IMG/VR virus record: IMGVR_UViG_3300007734_000759
Span: 23,154 to 87,153 of that record
DNA: 64,000 bases
Reading direction: 5' to 3' (one strand)
From: a virus
The notes below the pieces were generated by a model. It ran no database searches, was not told the origin of the DNA, and was given only the letters and a program-made list of their open reading frames with translations. Below are positions 58,801 to 64,000 of the stretch, piece by piece. Within the stretch, counting starts at the first letter, position 1. Each line of letters begins with the position of its first letter. A program made the translations under genes and the position numbers.

Positions 58801-59133
58801 ACAACATCAGGACTGACAGCGGCTCAAGCAGCGCAGAAGATAAAAGAGTTTGGTGAGGATACTTTGATCGTGACAAATAAAGCAAAAGTGCAGTTAATAG
58901 TTTCACAGTTGGATACGGAAAACTGGCCTGAGTACAAAGTAGGTAGTGTGTTTCAAACATATCAAAATAAGGGAGCTGTGGCTAGAGTGGATCTCGAAGG
59001 AGGTGATCTAACATCAACCATTAAACCGCTAGGCAACGATTACGTTCAATTCCCATTAGACGTAAGTGGAGATACTGACGCTATAGTAGTTAAGATTAAA
59101 GTCACCGACATTGATACAATAACAAAAGAGTAA
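55834..59133 (+). CDS. Baseplate hub protein with C-terminal CHAP/NlpC-like cell-wall hydrolase domain
   Basis: 1099 aa; hub-type N-terminus (GLRPMPGISSV...NYDALYGKVVNFNWS); C-terminal CARYT...GDVIIY...HTQIY. Confidence 0.65.
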   Translation: MPNIIGEGFRDFVVDQITRRERQYGLATRTNQNIAYQNSKTGWVCMASGVNVADVNFFKGSSYQGLNVGDNTLAKQYVLFNGTYNSFNQQTTTNADKIRTGINRANQKEGINRDGSILNEGAYGLGGLEFGLRPMPGISSVSITSGPRGSLRFAEVKIKAWNRAQFEALDALYMRIGYTVLIEFGHSNFYYNNGTYEENNPWTLTDSFLDGVNNLGSIKNEADTVEVVRAGKALGQYDVLAMIRHLREKSNGNYDALYGKVVNFNWSYQKDGSYDITVKVVSMGDVIEALKLNTMSTPRSLASGSTAQEGEAQAIENPTSAQLIESYSSKHDIGKMLNDVRLSIDQNGTDSPGYIRYVKYGVSKDSTGRTLVDAFRLGVLGSFPRYYIRLGSFLQWYQVAKMIVVKDDQPLLSIDYDTDSNLVYFAEGQRSTDPTICILSLEYPLIDGTKRVYAPGVEKYAENIKQGYGKIMNTYMNFEYLLTTLDAVQDSEGNVVLVDFLEKILSGICEATGNVNKLSVAIDEEENIIRIIDEVKLPGRDELIAKLNKGKAPKLALFTMYGFRTEGNGSGANRGSFVKDFNIQTGFSKETAAMIAIGAQANAQVVGEDATAFSAWSRGLVDRIEPSKLDKAVSPATGSFDETFKTDLVNYNKYLSEISNGNGTGAPTFNTNQISTWASFQRTYLQYKIGENARSKDVASNTIGFLPINLSLTMEGLSGMKVYQKFAVDSAFLPANYPTALEFIVKSIAHSIEGNQWTTTIESLVVPNSIPKTGEMGYLREVPSANGAQTGTGGGAAPPPTNQEQIIGTVPARGNDSQAAVNAIIAAANHVFGVPLSPETRSRCARYTYNLAKSYVEALANNITKPRGASEPAGGNANDASYRAALTKLGYSGTKIGNFRGSDLDAELRKSQFNIGDVIIYYRGSEKFHTQIYHKGYISKGFNWACDQKNNFGANFVYRRTHSNAIFEFWVFKAPGSVPQTVANKPQTTTTSGLTAAQAAQKIKEFGEDTLIVTNKAKVQLIVSQLDTENWPEYKVGSVFQTYQNKGAVARVDLEGGDLTSTIKPLGNDYVQFPLDVSGDTDAIVVKIKVTDIDTITKE

Positions 59134-59137
59134 CAAT

Positions 59138-59851
59138 ATGGCATACTATCCACTATCGCAAATTAAAACAGGATTTTTCACAAACGGACAAGAGTATGTT
59201 TACAAAAATACAACTACTCTGTATGAAGGTCCTTATTGGAAAACCTCCAAAGGGGAGGTTTTTAGTGGACAAGGTCCTAATGACCCTACAACAGCGGAGC
59301 TTCAAATTAAACCACCTACTTTTGGTGAAAGTAATGAAGAATTAGGATACATACCCGAAGGAGAGGCAGGGTACGGAACTAAGCAAGTAATTCGATTACC
59401 TTTCGGAGAGCCTGACTTCGATTTTAGTGGTAATGAGTTAACTTCTAAATCAAAAGCTCCATATATAGGAGAGATGGTAGAGACGTATTTGAATATAACA
59501 AAACAAGACATAAATAATCTACCAATTATAGACATGCCTATATACAACTCCAAACCCCCTACAGAAAAGGACTATGCAGTAGGAGAGTTTCGCAGGTACT
59601 TTTGTAAAAAAAACAATGAAGTGCTATATTTAGAGATAGATAAAAACACATACGACGCACTGGAATCAAAAACTCCAACAAGTGCGTGGACACTATACAC
59701 ACCATTCAACATTTCTTGGCAAATTACAGGAGATAGGGAAAGCACTTATAGAACTAATAAAAACATTACCGAATTAGAAATTTCAAGAAAAAACTTAAAA
59801 TCATTTGCAGAATATCTCAAAAATGATTATCTTAAATATTACAGAGGGTAG
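59138..59851 (+). CDS. Hypothetical protein (baseplate-associated)
   Basis: MAYYP start, PTEKDYAVGEFRRYFCKK motif; ends the tail module. Confidence 0.5.
   Translation: MAYYPLSQIKTGFFTNGQEYVYKNTTTLYEGPYWKTSKGEVFSGQGPNDPTTAELQIKPPTFGESNEELGYIPEGEAGYGTKQVIRLPFGEPDFDFSGNELTSKSKAPYIGEMVETYLNITKQDINNLPIIDMPIYNSKPPTEKDYAVGEFRRYFCKKNNEVLYLEIDKNTYDALESKTPTSAWTLYTPFNISWQITGDRESTYRTNKNITELEISRKNLKSFAEYLKNDYLKYYRG
59804..59835 (+). promoter_or_regulatory. Bacteroidota sigmaA-like promoter TTTG-N20-TATCTTAA before polA
   Basis: Embedded in the 3' end of the upstream gene; same spacing and downstream octamer as 61577. Confidence 0.6.
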
Positions 59852-59868
59852 TATGAAAGATAAAGGTT

Positions 59869-61149
59869 ATGTTTTGGTTAGTTGAGACAAAAGAGCAACT
59901 ACAACAGCTTCCACATAGTGAGGAGATATTTGTAGAGTTGGTTCTTTACCACGATAGGCTACATCCTGCATTAAATTGTATTAGCTGCATCTACGTTAGA
60001 GGTATTGAGCAAAGTAAAGGTTTTATGCTTGCCTTATCTCACAACGAGGCTCTACCTTTACAATACGAAGATGTAGTTGAAGCATTATCTAAATACAAAA
60101 CAATCTTCGTAAGAGATAAGAAGCAATTCCTATACTTCTTCAATCTAAAGGGAGTTAAGGACATCAACCTAATCCAGCAAATAAAAGTAGATTGCACTAC
60201 TCCAACTCACGAAATCCTATACAGAAAGAACCATCAATTAGATTACATCAATACTTTTATTCCAATTGGTAAGCATTACGAGAGGTGTGAGGAGATATAC
60301 AATAAGGTTACACCGGCTTTTACAAGTGATATACCCGACCATTTTAAGTTCTACAACAACGATGCCACTAAGGTATTTTGGTACATTGAAAAGCAAGGTA
60401 TTCACGTAACACATCCTGAGGATTGCCTTGATTTACAAAACCCACAATACTCGATTGGAGACGATAGGATATACACTCATTACAACCTATATACAACTAC
60501 AACAAGACCGTCTAATGCTTTCAATGGAGTAAACTTTGCAGGTCTCAACAAAGAAGACGGAACAAGAAAGTTCATAACACCTCAAAACGATTTCCTACTT
60601 GAGATAGACATTAATGGATATCATCCAACCTTAATTGCAAACGTAATTGGGTATAATTTAGGATCAGATGGTGTTTATGAGCACTTTGCTCGAGTTTTAG
60701 ATGTAGAGGTTAGCGAAGCAAAGGAGCTAATGTTCAGACAATTGTACGGAGGTATTTCAAAAGAATATACTCACCTAGAGTATTTCAAAGAAGTAGATAG
60801 ACTGATAAACGATCTATGGAACGACTATAGAAGTGAAGGATATGTAAAATGTCTAGTATCAGATTATAAATTCGATGGATACAATATAGAAAATATTAAT
60901 AAACAGAAATTATTTAATTATTATATCCAAAACTTGGAAACAAGTAATAATATTCGTATATTAAAAGAGATATTGCCACTACTAACAGGTAAAACTAAGC
61001 TAATACTATATACGTATGATGCTTTTTTGTTTGATGTTAGCAAGGAGGAAAAGCAAATGATTCAACAAATAGTAGATACTTTTACGCAACACAACCTAAA
61101 AATTAAAATGAGTTATGGAGGAAATTACGATTCCCTACGCAGATTGTGA
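59869..61149 (+). CDS. polA: Family A DNA polymerase-like protein (short, divergent)
   Basis: Motif A LEIDINGYHP, motif B AKELMFRQLYGG, motif C YTYDAFLFD; thumb-like YTTTTRPSN. Confidence 0.75.
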   Translation: MFWLVETKEQLQQLPHSEEIFVELVLYHDRLHPALNCISCIYVRGIEQSKGFMLALSHNEALPLQYEDVVEALSKYKTIFVRDKKQFLYFFNLKGVKDINLIQQIKVDCTTPTHEILYRKNHQLDYINTFIPIGKHYERCEEIYNKVTPAFTSDIPDHFKFYNNDATKVFWYIEKQGIHVTHPEDCLDLQNPQYSIGDDRIYTHYNLYTTTTRPSNAFNGVNFAGLNKEDGTRKFITPQNDFLLEIDINGYHPTLIANVIGYNLGSDGVYEHFARVLDVEVSEAKELMFRQLYGGISKEYTHLEYFKEVDRLINDLWNDYRSEGYVKCLVSDYKFDGYNIENINKQKLFNYYIQNLETSNNIRILKEILPLLTGKTKLILYTYDAFLFDVSKEEKQMIQQIVDTFTQHNLKIKMSYGGNYDSLRRL

Positions 61150-61576
61150 TATTTATACCGAGAATAATTTCGGTAATCTAAATTTTAAGGACTTGAATAA
61201 TAAATTGTTTTGTACTTTTACTAAGAAAGAGTACGTCGACGATCTTCTTAATACATTAACGTCCAAGTACACAATCATGTATAATAAAATCTTCGTTTTG
61301 CAAAGCAACAACGGAGAATATGTGTGCACTTATAATGTCGACAATGGCAACATCAACGATCTACCTGGAAATACTATATTGGTACATCGTAAGAAAGAAT
61401 CAAATACACTATACACTATCAATGCTCTAAACGAGTTAATCAAACAACTCAACAACGGAATTGTAGATACAAGTTTCAAAGTAGAATGGAATCACTACAG
61501 AAACACAATCCTACTAACCCAGCAGAACGAGCTCAAGCAACTCAAAACTAAAATCTTTAAAATAGTTGAGCTATAA
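61115..61576 (+). CDS. Hypothetical protein (start uncertain; TTG 61193 possible)
   Basis: NKLFCTF...TILVHRKKESNTLYTINALNELI; an ATATTTATA at 61149-61157 suggests a downstream start. Confidence 0.55.
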   Translation: MEEITIPYADCDIYTENNFGNLNFKDLNNKLFCTFTKKEYVDDLLNTLTSKYTIMYNKIFVLQSNNGEYVCTYNVDNGNINDLPGNTILVHRKKESNTLYTINALNELIKQLNNGIVDTSFKVEWNHYRNTILLTQQNELKQLKTKIFKIVEL

Positions 61577-61608
61577 GTTGCTTTTACCACAAAAATTAGT
61601 TATCTTAA
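61577..61608 (+). promoter_or_regulatory. Bacteroidota sigmaA-like promoter GTTG-N20-TATCTTAA before SSB
   Basis: Intergenic; matches the sites at 59804 and 8782. Confidence 0.65.
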
Positions 61609-61626
61609 AATAAAACTTTAATTGTT

Positions 61627-62472
61627 ATGGATTTAAACGCTATTAAAAACAAACTAGCAAGTTTGCAAAGTAAGCAAAATGGTGGAAGTCGCAAAGATTA
61701 TGCGGATATCTACTGGAGACCGGAGATCGGTAAACACAATGTACGTATTGTTCCTTCTAAGTTCGACAAGAAGAACCCATTTAAGGAGTTGTACATTCAC
61801 TACGGAATCGACAAACCAGTAATGATTTCTCCTACTAACTTTGGTGAAAAAGACCCAATTGTTGAATTTGCAAAGCAATTACGTCAGACAACTGACAAAG
61901 AAAACTGGTCACTAGCAGGTAAACTTAATCCTAAAATGCGTGTATTCGTTCCTGTAATCGTACGTGGAGAAGAAGCAAAGGGAGTTCGCTTGTGGCAGTT
62001 CGGTAAAGAAGTATATACTGAGTTGTTGGCTATGGCTGACGATGATGATATCGGAGATTACACAGACATTGCTGAAGGACGTGACTTTACCGTAGAAGTA
62101 ACTAAGGGTAATCCTTACAATAAGACTTCTATTCGTCCTAAGACAAAACAAACTGCTTTGCACGATGATGCTGAGGTAGTTAAGAAGTGGTTGGAAGAAC
62201 AGCCAAATCCAACTGAAGCATTCAAACGCTACACCTTTGATGAAATGAAGGAAGCTTTGCAAAAATGGTTGAGTCCTGAATCTAAGGAAGATGAGATCAT
62301 CGATGATGAGAAATCAACTACCGAGGAGGAAGATGGAGACTTACCATGGGAGCAGAATCCACCTGTAGAGCAGAAAGCTGCTAAAAGCTCGAAGCCAATC
62401 TACAGCTTGGAAGCTAAACCTAAGCAAAGTGCTGAATCAAAGTTTGATAGTTTGTTTGATGATGAAGACTAA
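61627..62472 (+). CDS. Single-stranded DNA-binding protein (T4 gp32-like)
   Basis: WRPEIGKHNVRIVP, VIVRGEE...GVRLWQFGK, DIAEGRDF; acidic tail FDSLFDDED. Confidence 0.82.
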   Translation: MDLNAIKNKLASLQSKQNGGSRKDYADIYWRPEIGKHNVRIVPSKFDKKNPFKELYIHYGIDKPVMISPTNFGEKDPIVEFAKQLRQTTDKENWSLAGKLNPKMRVFVPVIVRGEEAKGVRLWQFGKEVYTELLAMADDDDIGDYTDIAEGRDFTVEVTKGNPYNKTSIRPKTKQTALHDDAEVVKKWLEEQPNPTEAFKRYTFDEMKEALQKWLSPESKEDEIIDDEKSTTEEEDGDLPWEQNPPVEQKAAKSSKPIYSLEAKPKQSAESKFDSLFDDED

Positions 62473-63542
62473 TGGCTAAGAAATCTTTAACACAAGCAGT
62501 ATCACAAGAACTAAAAGGAGCTTTCTCCTTGGAGAAATTCAAGGAGAAGAAGCTTCTCAGTTCAAGTGTTAAGTTCAAACCACAAAGATGGATTGCACTA
62601 TCAGAAGCTTTTCAAGAAACAACATCTATTCCAGGAATCCCTCAAGGACATATTGTACTTCTAAGAGGTCACTCCGATACAGGAAAGACAACAGCCCTAC
62701 TAGAAGCAGCAATCTCAGCTCAGAAAGCTGGAGTACTTCCGGTATTTATCATCACAGAGATGAAATGGAACTGGGAGCATGCTATCCAAATGGGATTAGA
62801 AGTAGAGCCAGTAGTTGACGAAGACACAGGTGAGATTCTAGATTACAGAGGGTTCTTCATCTATGTTGACAGAGAAACTCTACAGTCTATTGAAGATGTA
62901 GCAGCATTTATCTTAGATCTTTTAGATGAGCAGAAGAAAGGTAACCTACCACACGATCTACTATTCCTATGGGATTCGATTGGATCAGTGCCATGTGAAC
63001 TTTCAATCAAATCTAACAAGAACAACAACGAATGGAATGCAGGAGCGATGTCAACACAATTCGGTAATGGCGTAAACCAAAAGATTGTGATGTCTCGTAA
63101 AGAATCTTCCAAGTACACCAACACATTGGTTTGTATTAACAAAGTATGGACTCAGAAACCTGAATCACCAATGGGACAACCTAAGTTGATGAATAAGGGT
63201 GGATTTGCAATGTGGTACGATGCAACGTTCGTAGTTACGTTTGGAAACATTACTAACGCAGGAACTTCTAAGATCAAAGCAATCAAAGGAGGTCAGCAGG
63301 TAGAGTTCGCTAAGAGAACCAACGTTCAGATTGACAAGAACCACATCAACGGGATTACAACTCGAGGTAAGATCATTATGACTCCACACGGCTTTATTGT
63401 TGATGAAGAAAAAGCTCTGAAGAAGTACAAAGATGAACATTCTGATGAATGGAGCAGAATCTTAGGTGGAGGGGACTTCGACGTAATCGAAGAGAAAGAC
63501 GAACCAGAATCTACAAACTTCTTTGAAAACGAACCTGATTAA
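62472..63542 (+). CDS. uvsX: RecA/UvsX-like recombinase
   Basis: GIPQGHIVLLRGHSDTGKTT Walker A; LFLWDSIG; LVCINKV; adjacent to SSB. Confidence 0.85.
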   Translation: MAKKSLTQAVSQELKGAFSLEKFKEKKLLSSSVKFKPQRWIALSEAFQETTSIPGIPQGHIVLLRGHSDTGKTTALLEAAISAQKAGVLPVFIITEMKWNWEHAIQMGLEVEPVVDEDTGEILDYRGFFIYVDRETLQSIEDVAAFILDLLDEQKKGNLPHDLLFLWDSIGSVPCELSIKSNKNNNEWNAGAMSTQFGNGVNQKIVMSRKESSKYTNTLVCINKVWTQKPESPMGQPKLMNKGGFAMWYDATFVVTFGNITNAGTSKIKAIKGGQQVEFAKRTNVQIDKNHINGITTRGKIIMTPHGFIVDEEKALKKYKDEHSDEWSRILGGGDFDVIEEKDEPESTNFFENEPD

Positions 63543-63587
63543 TCAATAAAAGCTTGCTATAGTGGAGAGTGTTGGATAAATGTAGAT

Positions 63588-63595
63588 ATATTTAT
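63588..63595 (+). promoter_or_regulatory. ATATTTAT putative late-promoter motif
   Basis: Upstream of ATG 63610. Confidence 0.55.
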
Positions 63596-63609
63596 TTATA
63601 AAGTATTGT

Positions 63610-64000
63610 ATGAACAATTTCGATTTGAGAAGATATCTTATTGAAAATAAATTAACACGAAATTCTAGAGTATTAAAAGAATCTACCAAACCACAATACT
63701 CTCCACAGAAAGCTGCGAAAGCAGCAAATACAGATAATCCATATTCCGATAGACTACTACAAGCAATCGACCGCATCGATAGTAAGTATGGCTTGATGGA
63801 GAGGTTAATATTAGAAGTATCTTTTGAACAACTCAAAGCAGATTTTGTAGATAGTGGAAAGCTTACACAAGAGGTATTTGATGAAATTGTAGATGCTGCA
63901 GGTGGAAAAAAAGAAGTGGAGATGAAAGATGGAAAACCAGAGGAGAAGATAGTAGGTGGAAAATCAGCTTACGCTACATGGCTAGCTAAGAAAGTAGCTG
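63610..64000 (+). CDS. Hypothetical protein, 3'-truncated (absent from ORF track)
   Basis: MNNFDLRRYLIENKLTRNSRVLKES...; frame stays open to the window end; preceded by the late motif. Confidence 0.65.
   Translation, partial: MNNFDLRRYLIENKLTRNSRVLKESTKPQYSPQKAAKAANTDNPYSDRLLQAIDRIDSKYGLMERLILEVSFEQLKADFVDSGKLTQEVFDEIVDAAGGKKEVEMKDGKPEEKIVGGKSAYATWLAKKVA

Noticed and set aside
45950-59133. Bacterial extracellular contractile injection system or tailocin
   Set aside because: Terminase, portal, capsid and replication genes on the same strand show a complete phage, and no host genes are present
2595-63836. Numerous minus-strand and nested alternative-frame ORFs in the track (e.g. 50257..51129, 51139..51681, 12734..13285, 57117..57623, 63543..63836)
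   Set aside because: They lie antisense to or inside well-supported + strand genes, show no motifs, and mirror the codon bias of the real genes
1-64000. Alternative genetic code / stop-codon reassignment
   Set aside because: Genes are full length and tightly packed under the standard code, with TAA, TGA and TAG all ending genes
1-64000. tRNA, rRNA, CRISPR array, integrase or transposase
   Set aside because: Intergenic gaps are short, and no cloverleaf, spaced direct-repeat array or recombinase motif was seen by eye; tRNAscan was not run

Overview
This is a gene-dense, AT-rich 64 kb segment of a large T4-like contractile-tailed phage, with essentially all genes on the + strand. A Bacteroidota host is inferred from A-rich, Shine-Dalgarno-free start regions, from host-type (G/T)TTG-N20-TAT(C/A)TTA promoters before replication genes, and from D-S-[LIVT] motifs in envelope proteins. 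In order it carries tail/baseplate genes, a GIY-YIG nuclease, primase and exonuclease, two Pol-beta-like nucleotidyltransferases, a fibre gene, and an accessory block (HAD nucleotidase, HExxH peptidases, GAF-holin candidate, ferritin-like protein, Mn-type SOD, cupin, flavoprotein). It continues with a spanin-like pair, TerL, portal, prohead protease, scaffold, major capsid protein, PhoH, neck/tail genes, tape measure, baseplate hub, a short PolA, gp32-like SSB and RecA/UvsX. Main candidates for new biology: (1) a shared N-terminal amphipathic ...[IL]-[LIK]-E leader, plus internal [ILV]-x-E-delimited modules, on capsid, scaffold, protease and many accessory enzymes, suggesting a capsid-packaged, protease-matured enzyme cargo; (2) a tandem nucleotidyltransferase locus; (3) a probable +1 programmed frameshift in the tail chaperone; (4) an ATATTTAT(A) late-gene motif that is the reverse complement of the T4 late promoter; (5) host O-glycosylation sequons on lysis proteins; (6) a duplicated, excisable amphipathic peptide in the scaffold. 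All functional calls come from motif recognition by eye; no database searches were run.
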